Shown: positions 28,984-37,932 of the stretch, piece after piece
Layout of the letters: each line of letters starts with the position of its first letter
Numbering within the stretch: the stretch's first letter is position 1
Assembly: GCA_965228895.1 (NCBI GenBank)
Contig: OZ245842.1
Span: 4,512,001 to 4,576,000, forward strand
Length of the DNA stretch: 64,000 bases
Origin: Alphaproteobacteria bacterium
GTDB lineage: Bacteria > Pseudomonadota > Alphaproteobacteria > SP197
Direction: 5' to 3'
Program-made: the position numbers and the translations under genes
The notes under the pieces: generated by a model
The model's input: the letters and a program-made list of their open reading frames with translations, nothing else
Databases searched by the model: none
What the model was told of the DNA's origin: nothing

Positions 28984-30405
28984 TTACGCACCGGTCTCCA
29001 GCGCCTCTTCCACAAGGGGCTGCGGCCAGAGCTGCGGCGCTTCGGCCTCGAAAGCCCGGCTTACCTTCAACACCAAATCTTCGCGGTAGGGTGCGGCGAC
29101 AAGCTGCAGGCCGACCGGCAGGCCATTGCTCGCAAGACCACACGGCACGGACGCGCCGGGCTGGCCGGTCAGGTTGAACGGCAGGGTGAACGGCACCGCA
29201 TGGTTCCAACGGTGCAGGCTTTGTGAATGGTAGGGCGTCTCGGCGACCGGCGCGGTTGTCGGCAGTGTCGGCGTCACCAACAGGTCATAGGTCTCGTGGA
29301 ACTGCTTCATGGTGACGCCCAGCCTGGCGCGCGCCACCATGGCGGCGTTGTATTGCTCCAACGTCACGGCGAGGCCGCGCTCGGCGAGGTCGCGGAAACG
29401 CGGGTCCAGAAGATCGTGTTTGGCTTCGGGAATGCCACGCAGAATTGACGCGAACCCGGCGAGCCAGTAGTCGGTGAATTGAGGCTCCAGCGGTTCGAAC
29501 ACCGCACCGACCTCCTCGACCTCGGCGCCCAGCTTGCCAAACCGCGCGACGGCCAGGTCGACCAATTGGCGGACCTCCGGATCGACCTTGGCGCCGCCCA
29601 GGCCCGGCGCATAGGCAACGCGCCACCCCTTGACGCCGTCGTCCAGGCCGTCACGCCAATCCCTGTCGTCATAGGGCAGTGCGTACCAGTCACGCGCATC
29701 GGGCTTGGCCAATTCGTTCAGCATCAAGGCGGCGTCTTCGACCGAGCGGGTCATCGGCCCTTCCGCCGAGGTCGTGCAGAATGCCCCCTCGCGCGGATGG
29801 TCGGGCACGCGTCCGAAGTTCGGTTTGATGCCGTAGATGCCGGAATAGCCGGACGGAATGCGGATCGACCCGCCGCCGTCGTTGCCCAGCGCCAGCGCGC
29901 CGACGCCCGCCGCGATCGACGCAGCGGCACCGCCGCTCGAGCCTCCCGGGCTGTGGGCGAGCTTCCAGGGGTTGCGCGTATAGCCGAAGAGCGGCCCGTC
30001 GGTGATGCCCTTCCAGCCGTATTCCGGGCTCGTCGTCTTGCCCAGGAAAACGGCCCCGGCCTCGCGCAGCCGCGCGACCGACGGCGCGTCAAAGTCACAC
30101 GGCGTCTCGTCGGTGGTCGCCGAACCGTTGCGCAGTGGCCAACCCTTGAGCGGGATCAGATCCTTGACCGTCACCGGTACACCATCGAGCGCGCCTTGGA
30201 GTTCGCCGCTCTGCCACCGTGATTCCGACGCGCGCGCCGCCGCCAACGCCGACTCATGGTCGACGTACTGGAACGCGTTGATCTTGGGTTCGGTTTGATC
30301 GAGCCTGTCGAGCGCGGCCTGCGTCACCTCGACCGGCGTTAGAGACCCGTCGCCATAGCGCGCCACCAGTTCGGTTGCAGTCAAGTAAATGATCTCGGTG
30401 GACAT
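28984..30405 (-). CDS. Amidase (amidase signature family)
   Basis: GVPVTVKD, GGSSGG and GNDGGGSIRIP motifs. Confidence 0.93.
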   Translation of the reverse strand: MSTEIIYLTATELVARYGDGSLTPVEVTQAALDRLDQTEPKINAFQYVDHESALAAARASESRWQSGELQGALDGVPVTVKDLIPLKGWPLRNGSATTDETPCDFDAPSVARLREAGAVFLGKTTSPEYGWKGITDGPLFGYTRNPWKLAHSPGGSSGGAAASIAAGVGALALGNDGGGSIRIPSGYSGIYGIKPNFGRVPDHPREGAFCTTSAEGPMTRSVEDAALMLNELAKPDARDWYALPYDDRDWRDGLDDGVKGWRVAYAPGLGGAKVDPEVRQLVDLAVARFGKLGAEVEEVGAVFEPLEPQFTDYWLAGFASILRGIPEAKHDLLDPRFRDLAERGLAVTLEQYNAAMVARARLGVTMKQFHETYDLLVTPTLPTTAPVAETPYHSQSLHRWNHAVPFTLPFNLTGQPGASVPCGLASNGLPVGLQLVAAPYREDLVLKVSRAFEAEAPQLWPQPLVEEALETGA

Positions 30406-30549
30406 GGGTTCCCTCGCGAACAACTGGCGGCCGACGGGCTCTTGTCGGGGACCCTACACCATGCTTCGCAAACCTGTCGCGCCGTCGCCGCTTCACACGA
30501 ACGCGTCGCCGTGTTGCTATAGGGACCACCCTGCCTGCGGAGGAAACGA

Positions 30550-30957
30550 ATGGCGTTGAAGACAACGGTGCGCGAGATGGTCGACAAGGCCAACCAGGAG
30601 ATCGAGACGGTGCCGGTCGAGACCGCCAAAGCACTGATAGACGATGACGGAACCCAACTGGTCGATATCCGCGATGTCCGTGAACTCGATCGCGAGGGCA
30701 TGATCCCCGGCGCACTGCACGTACCGCGCGGGATGCTGGAGTTCTGGGTCGATCCCGAAAGCCCCTATCACAAGGACGTCTTCGCCTCAGGCAAGAAGTT
30801 CATCTTCTACTGCGCGTCCGCCTGGCGTTCGGCCCTGGCGACAAAAGCGCTCCAGGACATGGGGCTGGAGCCGGTCGCGCATCTAGAGGGCGGGTTCACC
30901 GCATGGCAGAAGGCCGGCGGCGACGTCGTCGAGCGGCCCAAGAAGAAGAAGGCCTGA
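30550..30957 (+). CDS. Rhodanese-like sulfurtransferase
   Basis: LVDIRD..E, IPGALHVPRG, YCASAWRS and LEGGFTAW motifs. Confidence 0.92.
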   Translation: MALKTTVREMVDKANQEIETVPVETAKALIDDDGTQLVDIRDVRELDREGMIPGALHVPRGMLEFWVDPESPYHKDVFASGKKFIFYCASAWRSALATKALQDMGLEPVAHLEGGFTAWQKAGGDVVERPKKKKA

Positions 30958-30978
30958 CGCCCGACATCCGGCCGGGCG

Positions 30979-31584
30979 TCAACCGACGTCGCCGAGCCCG
31001 GTGCGAAGTTTCTTGAGGGCCAACCGCAGCCGCGACTTGACCGTGCCCAACGGCAGGTCGAGTTCGTCGGCGATCATGGTGTGCGACTTGTCGTCATAGA
31101 ACGCCATGTTGAGCAGTTTCGCTTGTTCCGGCGGCAGTTCGCCGATCGCCGCCCGCAAGATGTCCGCCAGCTGGCCCGCATTCACCTGTTCGTCAGGTTT
31201 GGGCGCGTCGTCTTCGGGATCCGGCGCTGTCGCGGGGTCGCCCATGTCGACCTCCGGCCGCTTTTGCCGGCGCAAGGCATCAATGCGTTTGTTGCGCGCG
31301 ATGGTAAAGACCCAGGTGCTGACGGCGGCCTTTCTGGCATCGAACTGGTCGGCGCGCCGCCATAGGGTCAGCATCACCTCTTGCATCAAATCCTCGGCCA
31401 GAACGTCGCTCGCGCCCAGGCGGCGCAGATAGGATTTTATGCGGGGTCCGAAGTGGTCGAACAACTCGCCGAACGAGTCCTTGTCTCGCTCGCGTGCGAT
31501 GGCCGCCATGCAGGCTGCCCACCGCTTGCCATTTCTTGGCCCGGCGCCCTGTTTGCCCGTCGTCATGGCAACATCAGACAGCAT
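30979..31584 (-). CDS. ECF sigma factor, RpoE (ChrR-type) paralog with no adjacent anti-sigma gene
   Basis: AEDLMQEVMLTLWRRA, STWVFTIARNKRID and LPLGTVKSRLRLAL motifs; strongly similar to 56788-57372. Confidence 0.92.
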   Translation of the reverse strand: MLSDVAMTTGKQGAGPRNGKRWAACMAAIARERDKDSFGELFDHFGPRIKSYLRRLGASDVLAEDLMQEVMLTLWRRADQFDARKAAVSTWVFTIARNKRIDALRRQKRPEVDMGDPATAPDPEDDAPKPDEQVNAGQLADILRAAIGELPPEQAKLLNMAFYDDKSHTMIADELDLPLGTVKSRLRLALKKLRTGLGDVG

Positions 31585-31664
31585 GACGCGAACCGCTACA
31601 ATCGGCGATCGCGCGAACGATAGGGTGACACCAGCGGGTTCCTAACGTGTTTGTCGAAAGGTGA

Positions 31665-31690
31665 TACGGCCCCCGCACGGCGCCAGATCA
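31665..31690 (-). promoter_or_regulatory. RpoE-type promoter TGATCT-N16-CGTA upstream of the orphan ECF sigma gene
   Basis: Reverse complement reads TGATCT ggcgccgtgcgggggc CGTA(T); same spacing as the two promoters at the rpoE-chrR locus. Confidence 0.65.
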
Positions 31691-31712
31691 CCCCGTTTGA
31701 GCGCTTGCGTCC

Positions 31713-32195
31713 TCACACATGCGTCGCGGAACCGCCTCTGCCACCGATAAACAGCAGGACGATGCCGCCAACGACCAGAACGATGCCCGCGACCTGCCAA
31801 AGGCTCAGTACCTCGCGCAGCAGGAAATGGGCGACCAGCATGGTGATGACGATCGTGCCGATGACGATCGCCGGAATCGCGACATTCGCGGCCATCGGCT
31901 TGATGCCGCCGACATTGCCGAACAGATAGAAATAGCCGATCTCAGCACCGCCGATGCAAAGCCCCGCCGCCAGGGCGAACAGATAGGTCGATGAGGAGAG
32001 CCGGAAGCTGTGACCGCCTTGGGCGAGCAGAAGACCGGCGAAAAGGGCCGACGCACTCAGCGCCGCCACCTGCACACAAATCGTGGCCAGAAGGGTTGTG
32101 GTCGCCGTTACCGGCACATGACCGCCGGATACCTTGATGAACAAATTGTAGCCGGCGTAAAGCACGGTCACGAGACACAACACGGCCACGGCCAT
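31713..32195 (-). CDS. Small DMT/EamA-like membrane protein
   Basis: About 5 TM helices; C-terminal LLREVLSLWQVAGIVLVVGG typical of EamA domains. Confidence 0.7.
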   Translation of the reverse strand: MAVAVLCLVTVLYAGYNLFIKVSGGHVPVTATTTLLATICVQVAALSASALFAGLLLAQGGHSFRLSSSTYLFALAAGLCIGGAEIGYFYLFGNVGGIKPMAANVAIPAIVIGTIVITMLVAHFLLREVLSLWQVAGIVLVVGGIVLLFIGGRGGSATHV

Positions 32196-32269
32196 GGCGC
32201 ACACTCCCCCTCGTTCATGACGCCTGGATGATGACAGAGGTGGCGGCTAACCGCGAGAGTTCAAAGGGC

Positions 32270-33388
32270 TCAGCCGTCCTGCATCGCTTCCCGGTACCAG
32301 GTGTAAAGCGCGGCGATCGAATGCTCGCTGTTGAGCCCCTGATCGGGATCGATGACCAGAGGTCCGGGGCGGTATCCCTTGCTTGCCAAGCCTTGCTGGA
32401 CCGATTCGACGAGGCGGACGTCTTCGGCCACGGTCGTTTCCAGGTCCTGCTGCATCAGGCGGGTCAGGACATCGTCGTCATTGCCGCCGGCCGAGAACCA
32501 GCCGCGCCAGACCGTTGTGTTGGTAACGTCGTCGGGCCGCCACAGATAGGTGTTCAGCACGTTGCCGGGATAGACCTGGAACGAGAAGGCCGGCCACAGG
32601 AACCATGAACTGTAGTCGCCGGCGTGCTCGTTGGCGTCGAGGTCGATCGGATAGGTCATGCGCTCCAGGTTGGCGGAACGCGTGGTGTGACGCAGACAAT
32701 AGCCGTTCGGCGCGACGTTATAGGTCGCGGGCTCAATGACACCGTTGGCGAAGGTCGGGTGATTGAGCTTGCAGTGATAACACTCCGAATAGTTCTCGAC
32801 GGTCACCTTCCAGTTGCAGGCTTCGTTCACCGAGACCCAGGATGCCGGCGCCAGGTCGTCGATGTCGGGCACGAAAGCGCGCAGTTCGGCTTCGACGCCC
32901 GGGAACCAGTCGGCCATGGGCCGCGCGTCGTCGTCCAGATTGACGAAAACGAACCCGGCGAAAACCTCGGTCCTGACCTCGGTCAGGCAGATTGCGTTCT
33001 TGTCGAAGCCGGGCGTGCGTTCGCTGGCCGGTGCGGCGCGCAGCTTGCCGTCGAGACCGTAGCTCCAGGCGTGATAGGGGCAGGTGATGAAGGCGCGGTT
33101 GCCGCTGCCCTCAACCAGGCCGTGGGCACGATGCTGGCAGACGTTATAGAACGTGCGCACCGTGCCTTCCCGGTCCCGGATCGCGAACAAGCGCTGGCCC
33201 AGAAGCTCGAAGGCCACATAGTCGCCAGGCTTGGAAAGCGCTGAGACATGCCCGGCGTACTGCCAGGTGTGAAAAAAGATCCGCTCGATCTCTTGGCGAT
33301 AGAGGTCGGCGTCGGTGTAACACCGCGCCTCTAGGGCACGCAGCGGGCCCCCTGCCTCGTCTCGAACACTGACCGCGACATCCGCCAT
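32270..33388 (-). CDS. Rieske oxygenase alpha subunit, carnitine/choline monooxygenase (CntA-like) group
   Basis: CQHRAH...CPYHAW, ENYSECYHCKLNH and EDVRLVESVQQGLASKGY motifs. Confidence 0.88.
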   Translation of the reverse strand: MADVAVSVRDEAGGPLRALEARCYTDADLYRQEIERIFFHTWQYAGHVSALSKPGDYVAFELLGQRLFAIRDREGTVRTFYNVCQHRAHGLVEGSGNRAFITCPYHAWSYGLDGKLRAAPASERTPGFDKNAICLTEVRTEVFAGFVFVNLDDDARPMADWFPGVEAELRAFVPDIDDLAPASWVSVNEACNWKVTVENYSECYHCKLNHPTFANGVIEPATYNVAPNGYCLRHTTRSANLERMTYPIDLDANEHAGDYSSWFLWPAFSFQVYPGNVLNTYLWRPDDVTNTTVWRGWFSAGGNDDDVLTRLMQQDLETTVAEDVRLVESVQQGLASKGYRPGPLVIDPDQGLNSEHSIAALYTWYREAMQDG

Positions 33389-33547
33389 TCACCGGACTCC
33401 CGATGGATTCTCAATTCGGCTAAATTTTTGTCCTATTTTTTACCGCGCGTAAAGCCGAAACGACGGGTGTCACCGAAGTCGTTGCCTCCGGTGGGCCCGG
33501 CGGTGACTATGGCCTGGAGACAACGCATCGCACGGGGGGACGACACG

Positions 33548-33937
33548 ATGGACAAAGAACGTTTTGAACGCGGGCTGGAGGAGCGCCGCGCGGTCCTGGG
33601 CCGGGCCTATGTGGACGCCGCGCTTGAGGCCGCCGACGACTTCAACCGGCCGTTTCAGGAATATGTCACCGAGAACTGCTGGGGCTACGCCTGGGGCGAC
33701 AAGACGCTCGATCGGCGCACCCGCTCGATCATGAACCTCACCATGATCGCCGCCTTGAACCGCATGCACGAGTGGGAGCTGCACCTGAAGGGCGCGCTGA
33801 CCAATGGCGTCACCAAGGACGAGATCCAGGCCATCCTGCATCAGATCGCCGTCTATTGCGGCGTGCCGGTGGGCGTCGAGTGTTTCCGCATCGCCAAGCG
33901 CGTCTTTGCCGAGCAAGAGGCCGGCGGCGATGACTGA
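33548..33937 (+). CDS. Carboxymuconolactone decarboxylase (CMD/AhpD-like) family protein
   Basis: GLEERRAVLG, LDRRTRS, HLKGALTNG and AVYCGVP motifs. Confidence 0.88.
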   Translation: MDKERFERGLEERRAVLGRAYVDAALEAADDFNRPFQEYVTENCWGYAWGDKTLDRRTRSIMNLTMIAALNRMHEWELHLKGALTNGVTKDEIQAILHQIAVYCGVPVGVECFRIAKRVFAEQEAGGDD

Positions 33938-34757
33938 CGACGACGCCATCGCCCGTCACTACACCCGGGGCGACCTGGCGCAGCGGATCATGGAAGCCGT
34001 GCACCAGGTCGTGCCGGATATGACTGATGTGACGCCGCGCGATCTGGCGCCGGTCGATGAGTTCCACATCGGCGGTGTCAAGGCGACCGAGACGTTCACG
34101 GCCAAGCTCGGTCTGCGCCCGGGCATGACCGTCGTCGATGTCGGTTCGGGCATCGGTGGCGCCGCGCGTTTCGTCGCCGATGCGCACGACTGCCACGTCA
34201 CCGGCATCGACCTGACGCCGGAGTTCTGCGCCGTCGCCACCATGCTGTCGGCGGCAACGGGTTTGAGCGACGTTACCGAGTTCCACGACGGCAGCGCGCT
34301 CACCATGCCCTTCCGTGACGAACATTTCGACGCCGCGATGACCCTGCACGTCGCCATGAACATCGACGACAAGGCCGGCCTCTACCGCGAGGTCGCGCGT
34401 GTCCTGAAACCGGGCGCCGTCTTCGGCATCTACGACATCATGGTTGGCCCGCAAGGCGGCGATCTCGACTTCCCGGTGCCGTGGTCGGCGACGCCGGCGA
34501 CCAGCTACCTCGCCACACCCGACGCCATGCGCGCCATGCTGACCGACGCCGGCTTTGTGATCGAGCAGGATGAGGATCGCACCGGCTTCGCCATCGACTT
34601 TTTCGAAGGTCTCAAGAAGAGCGCCGCCGAGGGTCCACCACCCCTTGGTCTGCACGTTATCATGGGCGACGACTTCAAGGACAAGGTGACCAACATGGCC
34701 AAGAACATCGCCGCCGGTCGCTGCGGACCGCGCGAGATGATCTGCCGCAAGACCTAG
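33930..34757 (+). CDS. Class I SAM-dependent methyltransferase (sarcosine/dimethylglycine N-methyltransferase-like)
   Basis: DEFHIGG, VVDVGSGIGGAAR and RVLKPG motifs; start overlaps the CMD gene end. Confidence 0.85.
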   Translation: MTDDDAIARHYTRGDLAQRIMEAVHQVVPDMTDVTPRDLAPVDEFHIGGVKATETFTAKLGLRPGMTVVDVGSGIGGAARFVADAHDCHVTGIDLTPEFCAVATMLSAATGLSDVTEFHDGSALTMPFRDEHFDAAMTLHVAMNIDDKAGLYREVARVLKPGAVFGIYDIMVGPQGGDLDFPVPWSATPATSYLATPDAMRAMLTDAGFVIEQDEDRTGFAIDFFEGLKKSAAEGPPPLGLHVIMGDDFKDKVTNMAKNIAAGRCGPREMICRKT

Positions 34758-35557
34758 GCGTCGGTAGCGTCGTCCAGGATCGCCACCGCCCGCGTCCAGC
34801 CGGCGGACGCGGCTTTGATTTTGACCGGGAAGCAGGAGATCGTGAAGCCGTCGCCGGGTAGCGCTTCCAGATTATGCAGCTTTTCCAGGTGGCAATAGCC
34901 GATGTCGCGGCCGGCCTTGTGGCCTTCCCAGATGATCGAGGCATCGCCGCTTTCGGCGTAGCGTTCGGCGGTATAGGTGAACGGCGCATCCCACGACCAG
35001 GCATCGGTGCCGGTCAGGCGCACGCCGCGCTCCAAGAGATACATGGTCGCGTCGTAACCCATGCCGCAGCCTGAATCGACGTAGCGGTCGCCGCCATAGG
35101 CGGCACCGGCCGCCGTGTTGACCACGACGATGTCGAGCGGCTGGAGGTCATGGCCGATGCGCACCAGCTCCGCCTTCACGTCATCGGCGGTCACCACATA
35201 ACCATCGTCGAAGTGGCGAAAGTCGAGTTTGACGCCAGGGCGGAAGCACCAGTCCAGCGGCACCTCGTCGATCGTGATGGCGCGCTCGGGATCGCTGCCC
35301 AACTTGCGGTTCATCGTCGAGGCGAAGTGATAGGGCGCATCCAGGTGGGTGCCGTTATGGGTGATCAGCTCGACCTTCTCGATTGCCCAGCCCTCACCAT
35401 CCGGCAGATCATCGCCGGCGAGTCCCGGGAAGAACGCGACCATGCGATCGACGCTCATCTGATGGTCGATATAGGTGATCTTCGGGTTGAAGGGCCGGGG
35501 ATCGGAGATGACGTCGTTTTCGAGTGGCATCGAGATATCGATGAACTGGCGCGCCAT
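34754..35557 (-). CDS. Cyclase/kynurenine formamidase family metal hydrolase
   Basis: THNGTHLDAPYH, GTDAWSWD and HLEKL motifs. Confidence 0.88.
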   Translation of the reverse strand: MARQFIDISMPLENDVISDPRPFNPKITYIDHQMSVDRMVAFFPGLAGDDLPDGEGWAIEKVELITHNGTHLDAPYHFASTMNRKLGSDPERAITIDEVPLDWCFRPGVKLDFRHFDDGYVVTADDVKAELVRIGHDLQPLDIVVVNTAAGAAYGGDRYVDSGCGMGYDATMYLLERGVRLTGTDAWSWDAPFTYTAERYAESGDASIIWEGHKAGRDIGYCHLEKLHNLEALPGDGFTISCFPVKIKAASAGWTRAVAILDDATDA

Positions 35558-35697
35558 GGCGGCAACCTCCGGATATGGACGTAAGAGTTAACGGTCATTG
35601 TGCCGCCGACGACGACCTTCGGCTATCCCCACCGAAGACCATGGAACCCCACACGGCATCGTTTCGGCCCGGCGCGGCTTCGATTATGGTGTTCTTC

Positions 35698-37896
35698 ATG
35701 GCGGAGGCACCCCAACGCGAACCCATGAGCATGCCGCTCAAGGTGCTCATCGGCGGTGTCCTTGGGATTGCGACCGGCGTGTTTCTGGGCGACGAAGCGT
35801 CGTTTCTGGCGCCCGTCGGCAGTGCCTATGTGCTGTTGATTCAGGCGGTCGTCTATCCCTACATCATCGCATCCCTGTTGCGCGGCTTGGGCGGCCTGTC
35901 GCCGGCAACGGCGATCAAGCTCTTCAAGCGCGGCTGGCCCTTCTATACGGGGCTATGGGCTCTGGTTCTCGGCGCGACGGCCCTTCTATCCCTTGGCCTG
36001 CCGCACGTCGAACAGGATGTCTACAGGCCGCAACCGCCGGTATCGACCTCGGTCAACACGCTCCTGAACATCCTGTTGCCGGCCGATCCGTTTTCCGCGT
36101 TGAGCGAGAACCACATGCCGGCGGTTGTCATTTTCTGTTTGATCTTCGGTGCGGCGTTGCAGTTCGTGGACAACAAGCAACGCCTGTTGGACATGCTGGA
36201 GACGGTGCGCATGACCAGCATGCAATTCTGGCGCTGGATCGGCGCTCTCGTGCCCTATGCGACGTTCGCCTTGTTCGCGGCTTCCGCGGGATCCATGCCG
36301 CTGAGCTCGCTGCCGAAGATCGGGCTCTACCTGGCCTTGCTCCTGTTCTGTTGCATGATGCTGGCACTATGGATTCTTCCGGCCATCCTGTCGGCGTTCG
36401 TGCCCGCCAGCTACCGCGAAATCATGCACGATTTGAAGGACGGTCTGACGATCGCGATCGCGACCTCCGTTGTCGCGGCCGCAATCCCCTACATTGTCGA
36501 GTCAACGCGCAAGCTGGCCGACCGCTGCAACATCGAAGACGAGAACCGACGCGATCTGATATCGACCAATTTGTCGATCGGCTACGTCATCGCATCAGCC
36601 GGTAGTCTGCTGCTTTATCTCTTCGTACTCTTCATGGGATACTACTTCAGCACGTCGATTTCCCTGACCGACAGCATTGTCCTGCCGCTCATCATTCTGT
36701 TGTCGAGCGTCGGGTCCTCGGTCTCGGCTCTCGAGTTCATCAACTCCTGGCTCGGCATGCCGCAAGAGACGGTGCACGTCTATCTGGAAACGGGCATGCT
36801 GGCGAAGTATCCGAAGATCATTCTGACGCTCATGTCGCTTGCCTTCGTGAGCATTCTCGTGACCCTGAACTTCTACGGCAAGCTCAAGATTCATTTCTTC
36901 AAACTGGTTCGCATTGCCTTGCCTCCGCTGGTCATCCTGGCAGCCGGCGCCTGGGGCATCGGTTTTGTGGAACGCAACATTTCACAGTCCCACCCGTTGT
37001 CTTACGCCGACTTCTCGTTATCGCCACAAATCACCCGAAACGTCCAAGCTCATGTCGAGGACAGCGCGTCCGGTTCGACTGGTTCCGGCGATGCCGTTGA
37101 CGGCGAGACGGCTTTCGAACGTATCCAGCGCACCGGCGCACTGCGGGTCGGCATCTTCGATTCCAGTATCCCGTTTTCGTATTACAACGACGACCACGAG
37201 CTGGTTGGCTATGACATCGCGTTCGCCTACGAACTGGCCTACGCCCTGGACGTCGACCTTGTCTTCGTGCCGTTCAAGCCGCACCAGATGGCCGACGAAT
37301 TGATCAATGGACATATCGACATCGCGATGTCCGGTCTCTATGTCACGCAGCAACGATTACGCGATCTCATCATCAGCGATAGCTACCTGAAGAGCGAACC
37401 GGCCTTACTGGGGCAAACCAACGTGGTGTCCGGTCTGCTGAGCCGCAACGATATCGAGGCCTATCCCGACCTGACGCTTGGCTCTTACCACGAGCCGTCG
37501 CTTCTGAACCGGCTGAAAGCCCGTTTGCCCGACGTCTCGGTCAACGTGGTGCCGCCTTATGAGTCGTTGCCCGACTTTTCGTCGGTCGACGCCGCCGTCT
37601 GGTCGCTGGTCAGCGCACGCGCGATGGCCAAGCTGTATGACGGCGTGGCGGCGTCAGTCCCGGAAAACCTCGGCGACCCCTTCGTCTATGTCTTCTACAT
37701 GGCGCCGGACAACCGGCGTCTGCACATCTTCGTCAACACGCTGGTGCGCGACCTCAAATCTGTCGGCTGGCACGAGCGCCAGGCACAACACTGGCTTGAA
37801 GGTCTGGGGGATCAACATCGCGAGCCGCGGTGGAGTATCATGCGTAATGTTCTGGGATGGGGTGTCGACGAGACTGAAACGGGGGCGGGAACGTGA
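35698..37896 (+). CDS. DAACS (dicarboxylate/amino acid:cation symporter) domain fused to a C-terminal amino-acid-binding SBP domain, copy 1
   Basis: GVLGIATGVFLG, PADPFSALS..MPAVVIF; C-terminal RIQRTGALRVG..PFSY..LVGYDI..LAYALDV. Confidence 0.8.
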   Translation: MAEAPQREPMSMPLKVLIGGVLGIATGVFLGDEASFLAPVGSAYVLLIQAVVYPYIIASLLRGLGGLSPATAIKLFKRGWPFYTGLWALVLGATALLSLGLPHVEQDVYRPQPPVSTSVNTLLNILLPADPFSALSENHMPAVVIFCLIFGAALQFVDNKQRLLDMLETVRMTSMQFWRWIGALVPYATFALFAASAGSMPLSSLPKIGLYLALLLFCCMMLALWILPAILSAFVPASYREIMHDLKDGLTIAIATSVVAAAIPYIVESTRKLADRCNIEDENRRDLISTNLSIGYVIASAGSLLLYLFVLFMGYYFSTSISLTDSIVLPLIILLSSVGSSVSALEFINSWLGMPQETVHVYLETGMLAKYPKIILTLMSLAFVSILVTLNFYGKLKIHFFKLVRIALPPLVILAAGAWGIGFVERNISQSHPLSYADFSLSPQITRNVQAHVEDSASGSTGSGDAVDGETAFERIQRTGALRVGIFDSSIPFSYYNDDHELVGYDIAFAYELAYALDVDLVFVPFKPHQMADELINGHIDIAMSGLYVTQQRLRDLIISDSYLKSEPALLGQTNVVSGLLSRNDIEAYPDLTLGSYHEPSLLNRLKARLPDVSVNVVPPYESLPDFSSVDAAVWSLVSARAMAKLYDGVAASVPENLGDPFVYVFYMAPDNRRLHIFVNTLVRDLKSVGWHERQAQHWLEGLGDQHREPRWSIMRNVLGWGVDETETGAGT

Positions 37897-37932
37897 CACC
37901 GAGACGACGGCTCAGCGGGATGGTTGGTGCGC

